Shown: piece after piece, positions 51,458 through 62,768 of the stretch
How positions within the stretch are numbered: the stretch's first letter is position 1
Layout: every line of letters starts with the position of its first letter
From: Chiloscyllium plagiosum
Taxonomy: Eukaryota
DNA length: 64,000 nt
NCBI RefSeq assembly: GCF_004010195.1
Contig: NC_057754.1
Location: 2,605,498-2,669,497, forward strand
Reading direction: 5' to 3'
Made by a program: the position numbers and the translations under genes
The notes under the pieces: generated by a model
Told to the model about the DNA's origin: nothing
Seen by the model: the letters and a program-made list of their open reading frames with translations, nothing else
Databases searched by the model: none

Positions 51458-52042
51458 GTGACCCGTTCAAATTTGTTTTTCCTCACTGGAGGTTTATTTA
51501 CGTGACTTGGCCCGTTTCCCAACCTCGTGAAGCTGGTATGTCAGTCCTTTGTGATCAAACCTGAGGTGGTGGGCAGAATGAGCTGATGGTGATTGCAGAT
51601 CTGCTGCTGGTAGTTGTTGCTGGAATGCGTGGTGATGGCAGGATCATAGCTGACAGTTGACAAGGAGCCCAAGGGTGGGGAGTTGTCACTTGGACGATGG
51701 GTTGACGCTCTCTGGATCGTAGTACAGCAAGACTTGTCCTCCTTGAGACAGTGTTGCTCCGTAGGTTTAAAGGCTTGCAGCAGGCCCCAGGAATGTTAGC
51801 AGCTCCTGCTCATCCTGACCCAGGGGCAGTGCTGTGATCATTAACTTTCCTCACTGTGTGTTTGACTCAGTTCCCCCCCCTCACCTTCCTGTGGGCTGCT
51901 GCTTTAGCAGAAACCAGACCGACCATCCTTGGTGTTGCATGGGTAGGGGGGAGGGTTCTTTCTCAGGTTTATTTACAGGTCTGCCATTTTGCAGCCCTAA
52001 TTTCACTGACCAGTTTCCTATCACTATAACCTTCCCTCCCAG

Positions 52043-52150
52043 GCTGACACCGAGCTGGAGAAGATCCGAGCCCACCTGGCAGCCACTCGGCATGAGATGT
52101 ACCTGCTGAATGAGGAGGAAGTTAGCAAGAGGTGGAATTTCGAGGAGGCG
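52043..52150 (+). CDS. PRPF39: PRPF39-like exon 7 (ADTELEKIR...NEEEVSKRWNFEEA)
   Basis: cccag|GCT...GCG|gtaagg; 108 nt. Confidence 0.95.
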
Positions 52151-52564
52151 GTAAGGATGCACCCACTGCCCGGTGTGTAACTTGCTCACCCTAGCTCAGA
52201 TTGACAGTGCTCTGTGCTTCCAGGGTGGGCAACCGTTAGGCAACCTGCCCACTCTGTTCATTTTGGAGAGTCAACTCACTGCCTGCCCACCCGTCTGTCT
52301 CTCTCTCTGTCCCTGCCCGCCTGTCTGTCTCTGCCTGCCCGCCCGCCCGTCTCTGCTTGCCCGCCTCTCTGTCTCTCTGCCCCCCTTTGAAGGGCAGAGC
52401 CTAAGAATTGTTCAGAAAATATGTGAACCCTGAAGAATCTACATAAATTACATTCGGTTGGAATAGTTTAAGGAAGGGGGGATGTGCACGAGGCTAGAAT
52501 TGGGTGAGTGTGGAGTTTTCTGTTCCCTCATCTGCTGCTGGTTATTCTGTCACCCTGCCCTCAG

Positions 52565-52729
52565 ATTAAGCGGCCATACTTCCACGTCAAGCCCCTCGAG
52601 AGAGTGCAGCTGAAAAACTGGAAGGACTACCTGGATTTTGAGATTGCCAGTGGCACTAATGAGCGGGTTCTGGTATTGTTCGAGCGCTGTATGATCGCCT
52701 GTGCTCTGTACGAGGACTTCTGGATTAAG
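52565..52729 (+). CDS. PRPF39: PRPF39-like exon 8 ([12 protein letters not shown]...[11 protein letters not shown])
   Basis: ctcag|ATT...AAG|gtgaag; 165 nt. Confidence 0.97.
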
Positions 52730-53158
52730 GTGAAGCCCCCTTTTCTCAGATGCTTGCACCCGGGGGGGTCACCCCTCCCCGGCTGTTCTGCAGATCTTAC
52801 CCGATCGGCAGCTTCTTGTGTTTTTTGTTCCTTTTTGAAGTTTTGTGTTTGTTGGTTTATTTTTTTTGTTTTTGCAAGCGTTCCAACAAAAAAAAATTTC
52901 ACATTTTACTTTGATGATCTGACTTCTAACATAATCTTTTAATTCCATTGCTGTTTTATCTGCACGTGTTGCTTCAAACTAAAGAAGTTAAGGGATTGCT
53001 GAAGAAATGTATAAGCGTGTTATCACTGTGAGTGCCCCCTCCAGTTCTCAATAAGCTGTACCATGATGCCTTTTTATTTTTTAACACCGGCGCCCAGTGC
53101 GTCGGAGCAGTTGATCTTGTTTGCCTTCATCCCCTTTCCGACTTCCTTCTGCCTGCAG

Positions 53159-53285
53159 TATGCCAAATACCTGGAGAACCACAGCGTCGAGGGAGTCCGC
53201 AACGTTTTCCAGAGGGCCTGCATGGTCCACCTGCCCAAGAAGCCCACCCTGCACCTGCTGTGGGCCGCCTTTGAGGAACAGCAAG
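53159..53285 (+). CDS. PRPF39: PRPF39-like exon 9 (YAKYLENHSVEGVR...LWAAFEEQQ)
   Basis: tgcag|TAT...CAAG|gtgagg; 127 nt. Confidence 0.97.
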
Positions 53286-53319
53286 GTGAGGACCCACCCG
53301 GTCACTCCCCGGTGGCGGC

Positions 53320-53742
53320 GTTGTGAGGAGAGGCTGCGTAGGCTGGGGCTGTTTCCCAGGACCATCGGAGGTGACCTCTATAGAGGTTTATAAAATCGTG
53401 AGGTTGGGGGGGGGGCCACAAATAGGATGATTAGCCAAAGTCTTTTCCCAGGGTCGGGAGAGTCCATAACTAGAGGGTGTAGGTTTAAGGTGAGGGGTAG
53501 GGGAAAGGGACCTAGGGGGCAGCTTACTCACCAAAATGTATGGAATGAGCTGCCAGAGGAAGTGGTGGAGGCTGGTTCAATGATAGTATTTAAAAGGCAT
53601 CTAGGTGGGTATGTGAATAGGAAGGGTGAAGAGGGATATGGGCCGGGTGCTGGCAAATGGGACTAGATTGATTTTAGAATATCTGGTCGGCATGGACGAG
53701 TTGGACCGAAGGGTCTGTTTCTGTGCTGTACATCTCTGACTC
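53320..53742 (+). mobile_element. CR1/HER1-type LINE 3' fragment
   Basis: WNELPEEVVEAG plus tail. Confidence 0.85.
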
Positions 53743-53751
53743 TTAAAAATG

Positions 53752-53966
53752 TCGATAGTAGTCATGATTTGGACATGCCAGTGTTGGACTGGGGTGTACG
53801 TAGTTACAAATCACACAACACCGGATTATAGTCCAACAGGTTTAATTGGAAGCACTAGCTTTTGGAACGCCGCTCCGACCACCTGATGAAGGAGCAGCGC
53901 TTCGAAAGCCAGTGCTTCCAATTAAACCTGTTGGACTATAACCTGGTGTTGTGTGATTTGTAACTT
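53752..53966. mobile_element. Palindromic hammerhead-containing non-autonomous element with 15-bp TSD
   Basis: TSD tgactcttaaaaatg (53737-53751 / 53967-53981); ~75-bp inverted arms; CTGATGA...GAAA at 53883-53907. Confidence 0.85.
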
Positions 53967-56448
53967 TGACTCTTAAAAATGCCTCCCCCTCCCCCTCCTA
54001 TTACATATTGGCAGAGACAGAAGCCTGTCTAAATACTCTGGTTCAGATTTAAACAGCTATTAATCTGTGGTTGAGTTTAGTTAGTCTCTGAGGGTAGCCA
54101 TGAAATTTTCCTCCAATGTTATAAAATCCTGCTTCCTTTACTGATCTCCTCTGAGGAAAGAAATCTGCTGCCGGTAACTGGTCTGGCCTACCTGTGACTC
54201 CTGACTCTCGGAAATATGGTCAACTCTTAACCACCATCTGAAATGGCTGAGCAAATAGCTCCGTTCAAGGGGCAATTAGGGATGGGTGGCAAATACTTGC
54301 TCTGTCAACAATGTCAAGGTCGCACAACAGAGTAAGAAGGTGACTGAGAAATAGCTACTGTACACAGTGTGCACTGTAAATCTACAGAAGTCATTAAAGA
54401 TAGTGGAATGAGAGAGCTGGTATTTACACACACAGTATATCAGGCTTGTTAATATAAGCATCGCATACAACAGCAGGGAGGTTATATTGAGCTTATACAA
54501 GACTGTTTGGACCAAGGCTAGAGTGGTGTGCCACATCGTATCAGATGAACGTTAACACCTTGGAGAGAGTATGGAAGAGGTTTGAGGGTAGATTGGGAAA
54601 TTGGGACTGTTGTCTTTAGGGAGGAGGTTTGATAGAAGTCTGGACAGTGGGCTGGAGGTGAGTAAAATGGTCAGAAACCATGGGGCACAGTTCAAAAGTG
54701 TTGTGCAAAAGAAGTACCTATGGTGAAGAAAGTGTCTGTTTTTCACGCAGTGAGTGGGTAGGGTTTGGAAGTGTAGAGGAGGCAGGTTAAGCTGAGCCAT
54801 TCAAGAGGGCTTTGAATGGTTATTACAGTGGGCAGGGTTGGTGCGGCTGAAGCCAAGAGTTTGGCTCTAAGTTCAAACGTGCAGAAACCTAGTATGGTCA
54901 CCATGGGCTGAATGGCTACCCTGTGCCTCGGTTCAGTGAAATCTTACTGGGGCAATTATTTCATCCATTCATCATGTATATCTGGAGAGGATACAAGCCT
55001 AACCGATGCAATCTGTCTTCATAATTATGTCATTTGACCATTTTGCCCCCAATGGATGTCACCCCCGCCAGTTTACACTGCCACAGCTGTCTCTCGGGTA
55101 AGGAATTCCAAAGATTCGGAAGCCTCTAAGTGAAGCAATTCTTCCTCAAACTGACAGCTCCTCATTCTGAGCCCCCTCCTATTTGTAGACCCTTCAGTCG
55201 GGGAGAAGGAGGAAGATGCACCCTCTCCATCCTCCCTCCTGTCGAACATACTTCATAATCTGATGTAATCATCTCACTCTGATTTGAATATAAGCTCATT
55301 GTACTCAACCTGTCCTGGTAAGAAGGCCTGTTCAGGGAGCTATATTAATCACCGTTTCAGTGTTGGTATGTGTGGGGGAGGGGGGGGGGGGGGGACAGTC
55401 ATGGGATTGAACTTTGAGAGCCAACCAGACAAAGTGAGGGTAGTTAATCAAGCTAATGGAGCTGAACTGGCAGGCACTCCAGAATGGAGACAGGAACCAT
55501 AAATGCAGAGGCATTACACAGGATGTGAGTTCAGCAAAAAAAAAGATTAACACGAGGCCATTGTATCCCTTTTAATAACAGTTCAGTCCGTTTGCTTCAG
55601 TGCACACTATGTCTAAACAGTTCCACCTCGATTTGTTACACAGTTTCGGGTCAGGCCGTGCTGTTGCAAAGTCCTTTCTGAGGCAACCCACAATCTGTGA
55701 CGGTTGACCGCTGGGCTAGAAACGTGTGAATCACACAAAATGAAAGTCTCAACCTGCTGCAGACAAGACGAGAGAACCCCATCGAGGATTCTCGAGACCA
55801 GTGGCCCTTTTTTTTTATCACGGGAGTTAATGGCCTGCCTGACCTTGGGGGAGCTTGTCAACCAGGCTCGCTGTTTGCAAGGTGTTTGGTATTGTCCCTG
55901 AGTTGGCTGAAGCAACTGAGGGGCAGGCGCTTTGAGCGGGATTCACCTGTTCAGAACTGCAGCTCTCACCAAGGGATGGGTACGAGGCCAGGCTAGCAAC
56001 CAGTGAGCAGCTTCCGTGGGTGTCAGCTGGGTGAGCAGTCAAGGCCCAAGGTGGCTGTCACAGAGAGCTCTCAACATGTCAAGCTCAGACCCAGCTTCTT
56101 ATGTTTAACGGGGAAGGTGTATAGAAGTCCGAGCGGGAAGGGGTGACCGGTCTGTTATGCGGGGAGTACAAGGAGGGTGAAGGTGGTACGAGTGAGGATT
56201 GTGGGGGGGGGGGGGGGGGGGTGGTGTGAGATTTAAAATGCGAGGAGAAGGAAGTTTACAAAGTCTCTCTGATACTCCACAATACTGACTTGGTGTACAG
56301 CTGGAGAAAGGGATTGATGGGCTTGACGATGGGGAGGCCCCTCAGAAATGTGACACGCTTCTGCCTCTGCTGGAAGCTGGTTTGTGCATCAGCTGTATCT
56401 TGCCATTTTCCTTCAGCCCTCCCTGACTGATACGGAATTCTGCCCTAG

Positions 56449-56717
56449 GTGACCTGGAGGAAGCCCGCCGAATCCTCAAGTCCTTCCAGATGGTAGTGCC
56501 AGGGCTGGCCATGGTGCTGCTGCGGCGCGTGAGCCTGGAGCGTCGCTGCGGGCACCTGGACCAGGCAGAAGAACTCCTGCGTGAGGCCATTGAACAGCAC
56601 AGGGGCACCACCCTGGCCTCCTTCTTCTCCATCAAGCTAGCCCGGCAACTCCTGAAAGTCCAGAAGAACATGGCAAAGGCCCGGAAGGTGCTGCTGGAGG
56701 CTATCGAGGGAGACAAG
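56449..56717 (+). CDS. PRPF39: PRPF39-like exon 10 (GDLEEARRIL...LRRVSLERR...LLEAIEGDK)
   Basis: cctag|GT...AAG|gtgagg; 269 nt. Confidence 0.96.
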
Positions 56718-57574
56718 GTGAGGGAGATGGGGAGAGGTTGGTTAGGATAGATGCTGTGTTCCAAAGTGATGAATCCTATCATGGTACATCACAAAATGAG
56801 GCTCTTCGCCCCATCGTACCTGTGCTAGCTCTCTGCATGACCTATTCAATTAGTCTCGCTCCCCTGTTGCTTCCCCTAGATTCTCAAGTTTATTCCCTTC
56901 CAACCATCTATTGAATTCCCTTTTGAAAGCTGCTGTCTTTATTACTTCAGTTTGAGGAATGTTCTTACTTGGTGCTCTGTCAGGATGTCACAGGGATGCT
57001 TCCTCCTTTTTGGAAGAACCCAAATCTAGCCGTTACTCTTGGAAAAATAAGGAGATCCCCCATTTAAAGCGAGAGACAGTGGCATGTGAGTCTTTGGAGC
57101 TCCTATTCAAAAGGTGGGGGAAGCAGAGAGCTTCGTTAATTGTGGCAGTACTCATGGATGTTCCAGGTTGATAAAAGGCACTATACAAATGCAAGTTTTT
57201 CTTCTGTGGTAATTGCGTTGCACAGTATCATGCCCATCACCTACATGTGGCCCAAGTGGGCAGCTTCGTTAGCTTGCCGAAGGAGATACAGAAGAAAACC
57301 TGAAGCTGATTTAATTGAAGCTGGTTAGGTAGAAGTCAGCAGAGTTCCTCCAGATCATGAGAGGGATTTCGACAGGGGAACTGAGCAAAGTTGGGCCCCG
57401 GTTGAAGATTAACGACTGAAGAACTGGTGGAGGGCGTGTAGTCAGCAGAAACAGGTTTTTATTTTACCCAGCCGGTGGTGAGTAGCTGAAATTCTGAGAG
57501 CTGTGTTTGTGGCCAGCCCCACTGCTGCTTTGAGCACTGCACGTTGATGGATAACATTGGAACACTTGGGGGAA

Positions 57575-57870
57575 GCAGTGGTGTCACAATAATAACACTG
57601 GCTAGTAATTCAGGGCCCCGGGCTGATGTTCTGGCTGGAGATTTGAGTTTGAGTCCCACCAGAGAGATGGTGAAATTTGAATCCAGCAAAACAAAAGGCT
57701 AACCTAATGGTGACTGTGAAAACATTGTCAATTCTTGGAAGAACCCATCTGGTTCACTGATGTCCTCTCGGGAAGGAAGTCTGAAGTCCTTGTCTGGTTT
57801 AACCTATCGGTGACTCCAAACCCACGGTGATGTGGACAATAAATGCTGGCCTAGCTAGTGACCCCCACAT
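57575..57870 (+). mobile_element. DeuSINE/SacSINE-like element
   Basis: tRNA-like head and 3' caataaatgctggcctagc tail shared with many fragments in the window. Confidence 0.6.
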
Positions 57871-59009
57871 CCAACCAACAAATCTACTGCGAAATTCCTG
57901 TATCAGCCAAGTGCCGTTTACAAATAATTACAACCGCTCCCACTGTTACAGGACATCCAGTTAACAGGAATGACCCTGTTACTCCTGATAAGATCTGTGA
58001 AGGGAAATGTTGTTCAGCATCTATCCCGAGGACTGTTTATGCAATAACAAGGGCTTCCACTGAGTATTTAAAACACTAACATTGAAATGCTGACTCTGTG
58101 GGTTTCAGACCATCGACTGTGTTTATTTCCTGACACGTTGCACATTAAAGTGGAACCGTGTTTTCCCGTCCGGAACACTTGTCAAAGCTGTCTTCCTGTT
58201 CCGGTCACTTGATGCTGTTGTGATTGGGTTGCAGGTATACATTGCGGGTGGATTCCCATGCCCGTCTTTTTAAGATTTAGATTTTACTGTCATGTTTACT
58301 CCTGTTCAAGAGTACAGTGAAAAGTATATAATGTCGCCACACCTGGTGCCATCTTAGTACAAAGGCGCCTGGGTACCAGAACACTTGGGTACAAAGTATT
58401 AAAAGAAACAAAGTTTGAATAATTAAGCATTACCTTCATAAAGTAAGTAGAAAAATAAAGAAATAAGATAATAGATAGCAATTGTAATGTAGTGTCCCAT
58501 CTCCTGTACAGGAGAAATACTCCAATTCCCAAACTGGAATGATAGGCAAAGCTGCATTTAGAGGGGTTTTTATTTTTGCAAATTGGATGAAGGTATACTG
58601 GGCCTAGCTCGATGGGTTGAGTTGCCGCACGCTAAACTCTGAAGCTCCTACACCAGCTGGCACTGGCGGCTAGAATCCATCTCTCCCAGTTCCAGGTTAA
58701 GGAGAGCAAAGTATCCCTGGGGATCAAATTCTGGTGGTTTCCACCAAAGTGTCAGCTCCTTGGGAGCTGGCTGTCCAGTTGGGACAGTCTGCCTGTGCTA
58801 TTGTTAAGTGCATTTTCTCCATGCAGGCTGGTGTGAGGTGGTAGCCACCTTGGCAGTGTATTCTAGCACATTTTCGGCCTGTGTGTGTGGTGAAGGAGGG
58901 GGAATGCCTTGTATGTTCCTTTGTGAGTTGGGGGGGGGGGGGGGGGGGGGAGAGATGATAGTTTTGCAGTAGCTGCCTCCCTCTGATGCAGAGCCTTTGG
59001 CCTCAGCAG

Positions 59010-59194
59010 GACAACCCCAAGCTGTACCTCAACCTGTTGGAGCTGGAGTTCAGCAGTGACATCCGCGTGAATGAGGGCAACATCTTGGGCTGCTTCGAGC
59101 AAGTGCTGGTCAGCTCTCTCCCCCTCGAAACCAAAATTGTCTTCTCCCAGCGGAGAGTCGAATTCCTGGAGGATTTTGGCTGCAACGTACAGAG
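59010..59194 (+). CDS. PRPF39: PRPF39-like exon 11 (DNPKLYLNLLELEF...FSQRRVEFLEDFGCNVQ)
   Basis: cagcag|GAC (tandem acceptor; alternative start 59007) ...AG|gtgggt; 185 nt. Confidence 0.94.
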
Positions 59195-60120
59195 GTGGGT
59201 GTCACCGTTTGGTATCGGCGGTGGTGGGGGGGCACGAAATCTCTGTGCTGTCGGATCTGTAAGAAAAGCACATGCTGCGCCTCCTGCACTCCGGAATATC
59301 TCAAATTCCGAAAGCGTAGGAGAATATTTCCACTCAGAATGGGGAGACCAGAAGGGTGGTGGGGGGCATCAATATCAGACAGTCAAAGGCCAGTGGAGGG
59401 GGATAAAGAGGCTGGGAGCAGGACTCAAGCAGGATGCAGATAGCCCTATCTGTGCTGGATGCTTGATTGTGGATCAGTCATTGCCCACACTGACAATTGA
59501 GTGTCTCACTGCCAGCCCACACACTCTGTCTCAGGCTGATTGGAATATTTAATCCCCCTCACCAGTACTCCAAACCACTCTCCCTTCCATAAAGGCTCCC
59601 CTACCCTTCTTTTTGACTGGCGTACAGAGGAACTTCGATTATCCAAAGGAGATCTTGAAGTCCCGATAGAAACATCACATCAAAGACGTGTTTCCAACAC
59701 TGATCGCGTCTTTTGTTTATCGTGATTAAACAGGCACCGTCTCCAAATGACTGACCCTCCACTCTCTCGCTGTGTCTCCCCCAGCCCACACACACACACA
59801 TTCCCTGCAGTTCTGCAGAGGGGTGTAACCTAAGCCCCGCCCCCTTCCCCAGATAATCTCTCTCAAGTTGTATTGTACAGGGCAGAGTGGAACCTGTCAA
59901 AAAGTTGCAGTAAAAAGCGGTGTGTGTGCACGTGCGCACGCTACTTGGAGACTGACCCCACACAGGCAGCTGCAGCAGTCTTGTTGGTGTACAGTCCAAC
60001 TGCCCAGGAGAGGGGCGGGGTGGCCGCATGGCCAGGGGGGGAGCAATGTTGAATGGGGTTGGGAAAGGCAGGTAGGGGAATGGGGTTGGGGGGCGGGGGC
60101 TCATGTGTCTCATCACCTCA

Positions 60121-60472
60121 ATTAGATTAGATTAGATTACTTACAGTGTGGAAACAGGCCCTTCGGCCCAACAAGTCCACACCGCCCCGCCGAAGCGCAA
60201 CCCACCCATACCCCTACATTTACCCCTTACCTAACACTACGGGCAATTTAGCATGGCCAATGTTTGCACGTTCTCCCCGTGTCTGCGTGGGTTTCCTCCG
60301 GGTGCTCCAGTTTCCTCCCACAGTCCAAAGATGTGCAGGCTAGGTGAATTGGCCATGCTAAATTGCCCATAGTGTTAGGTATGGGGTAAATGTAGGGGTA
60401 TGGGTGGGTTGCGCTTCGGCGGGTCGGTGTGGACTTGTTAGGCTGAAGGGCCTGTTTCCACACTGTAATGTA
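60121..60472. mobile_element. Two HE1 SINE 3' halves in inverted orientation
   Basis: 60121-60261 is the reverse complement of the SINE 3' part; 60262-60472 is a 5'-truncated + copy. Confidence 0.85.
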
Positions 60473-61024
60473 AAGCCCCAGAGGAAAGGCATTTAATTGA
60501 TTAACCAAATAATCGATTATGCAAACGAAATAGTGCCCGTCCACCTCATTCGGATATTCGAGGTGCCCCTGTCTTAATATGACTGGTCGTGACTGTGTTC
60601 CTTAACATTGAGTGCATTGGGTCTTTCGAATGTCAAGGGCGTCCCATTCAGACTGGATTCTTTATTGTGAGAGGGCACTCACAGTGGTTCCCTACCTGTC
60701 TACCATACCAGGACCCCCTTGAATATCCGCCTGGCTGCACTGTCAGAAGTCAGTCCTTTTTCCGCTCTGCAGGCTGGTGATGCCTGCTACCTTCGGCCAA
60801 GATTAGAAAGAGCTGGGCTGTTAACAACTGGGGATCTGAGGTTTGAGACTATTAAACAACTATTTCAGCTTCTCTCTCGGAAGCGGTGAGTGATTTAGCC
60901 CCTTCACTAGCTACAGACTACAACCTGAGTGTGTCTGCTGTATCCCATTGTCAGAGCCTGATTTAGTGTCCCATGTGTTTGTTCTCCTCCTCCCCATCTC
61001 CTGTCCCCCCTCCCCCAACTACAG

Positions 61025-61099
61025 TTTGTTACACGCTTATGATGAGCATCAGAAACTCCTCAAGCAGAACTCCAGTAAGAAGCGAGCAGCTGAGAACGG
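61025..61099 (+). CDS. PRPF39: PRPF39-like exon 12 (LLHAYDEHQKLLKQNSSKKRAAENG)
   Basis: tacag|T...GG|gtgagt; 75 nt. Confidence 0.94.
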
Positions 61100-61808
61100 G
61101 TGAGTGCTAGCTGATTGTTTGTTTGATTTCGCTGCCTTTGCAGAGTGTCACTCGCTGCTCCTGGCCTACTGTCTGTTTGCAATGTGAGGGAGCAGTCAGC
61201 CTTTCAAGAGTTGGCAGAGAGTGCCCTGATCCCATTGAGTTGAGCATGAAACAACAGTGCACACTTTTGGTGTTCCTGAAGGCATCGCGTCCCTGCCCCT
61301 TGCAGACAACAGCGTATTTACCATATTCTGCTAAATCTGCGTTGATCAAATTGTCTCCTTTTAATATTGGTTGAGGTATCACATGCAGAATCAGTCCTCC
61401 GGACTCCAGTCTCTTGACTGAGCCCTGGTCCTCCCAGCAGTGCAGCGCCCCTTTGGGGGGGGCTCTCTGGTCCTCTCAGTGCGGTGCCCCTCAGGGAGGG
61501 GCCCCTGGTTCTTCCAGCAACGCCCCCCCCCCCCCCCCCCCAGGGCCCAGTGTAAGTCTTGCTGGACCTGGATTTTGTGCAGAAGGCCCCTCCTCTGTGT
61601 ATAAGAGGTAAACCTCTCCAGTTGTACACAATGGGATGCAGGTTAGTGGGGAATGGGGGAGTGGGCTGGGGGTGTGGGTTCACGAGGGCACAAAGTGGCC
61701 AAGATCTCCAAGCCCATGAGTCATCCCTTCACGGACAGGAGTCTGCCACGGACCCTCTCCCCGAGAACACTGATGTGTTTGTTGATGATGTAACCCTTGG
61801 CTCTGCAG

Positions 61809-61962
61809 CACTGAGGAACTCGAGGAGAAGCGAGCGAGGATGGACGATGCCTCCACAATCAGCACAGCAAGCACTGCCACGACCAGCACCAGCTCCACTG
61901 CCCTCATGAGTGGCGATGTGACCAGCAGTCAGGCAGCATACAACTACAGCGCGTGGTATCAG
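61809..61962 (+). CDS. PRPF39: PRPF39-like exon 13 (TEELEEKRARMDD...QAAYNYSAWYQ)
   Basis: tgcag|C...CAG|gtacag; 154 nt. Confidence 0.93.
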
Positions 61963-62705
61963 GTACAGCTCTATCTGTCCACCCCCTCACCCCCCAGAAT
62001 TTCCCTGTCCCCTCAACACACTCCCCCCCCCCCCCCTCTCTTTCAGGCAGCAAACAGGAGCCTTTCTGGTCAGCCTGAATATGTCTGTGGACAATGGTCT
62101 CTCCTCCTGTTAGTGCACAGTCCCACCCCTCACTCCACAATGTAGCCTGCTCTCTACCTGCCCACCTCTCCCAGGGTAAACTCTGTTTTGTTGACATCTC
62201 TGAAAGCCGTGTCCCCCTGAGAGGAACAGGGCAGCAGATGCAGAGGAGCACCACCCCCTGCCAATTCCCCGCTGAGCCTCTCACCATCCCCACTTGGGGA
62301 TACAACGGCTGCTCCTTCAGTGTCGCTGGGTCATAATTCTGGAGTGCCGTAGTCGGTGTAGGTGCACTCACAGACTGGTGTAGCTGTTCAAGAAGGCAGC
62401 TCACTACCACCTTCTCAGGGGGCAGTTAGGGACGGGCAGTAATTACTGGGCCCAGCCAGTGATGCACTCATCCCAGGAGCGAGTGAGGAACAAATCTGTG
62501 AAAACAGCAGCAACAGTTTGTCCAATGGGGCAAAGTGTGCAGCAGCGCTCAGATTCTTCACCCCGTGTCAGCTGGAGTCTCACCGAAAGCTCAAGCCCTC
62601 TGGCTCAGTCGAGAGCATTTAGTTGCAAATGAAGGCTGGGCTGGGTTTTCCACGGTAGACGGAGGCTTGCACCAATTTTCCGATTGTCTTTTTCTCTCGT
62701 TGCAG

Positions 62706-62768
62706 CCTTATGGATCGTATGGATATCAGAACCCGTGGAACTACAGTCAGTATTACCCACACAGCTGA
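62706..62768 (+). CDS. PRPF39: PRPF39-like last exon (PYGSYGYQNPWNYSQYYPHS*)
   Basis: tgcag|CCT; QNPWNY..YY motif; TGA. Confidence 0.94.
   Translation, partial: PYGSYGYQNPWNYSQYYPHS

Larger units (their letters stand above)
35945..62768 (+). other. PRPF39: PRPF39-like gene span (pre-mRNA-processing factor 39 family, 14 coding exons, ~1109 aa)
   Basis: Exons join in frame (3330 nt) and give PRPF39 signatures ([71 protein letters not shown]...QNPWNY). Whether it is an ortholog or a paralog is unresolved. Confidence 0.93.

Noticed and set aside
51458..52042. NMD poison exon like the one described in mammalian PRPF39
   Set aside because: No convincing acceptor/donor pair could be identified by eye; RNA-seq is needed.
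56760..56860. C-box-like GTGATGA just after PRPF39-like exon 10 (human PRPF39 hosts intronic SNORD127)
   Set aside because: No D box with terminal stem and no recognisable guide; the downstream sequence looks like a decayed CR1 tail. An Infernal search would be needed to exclude a remnant.
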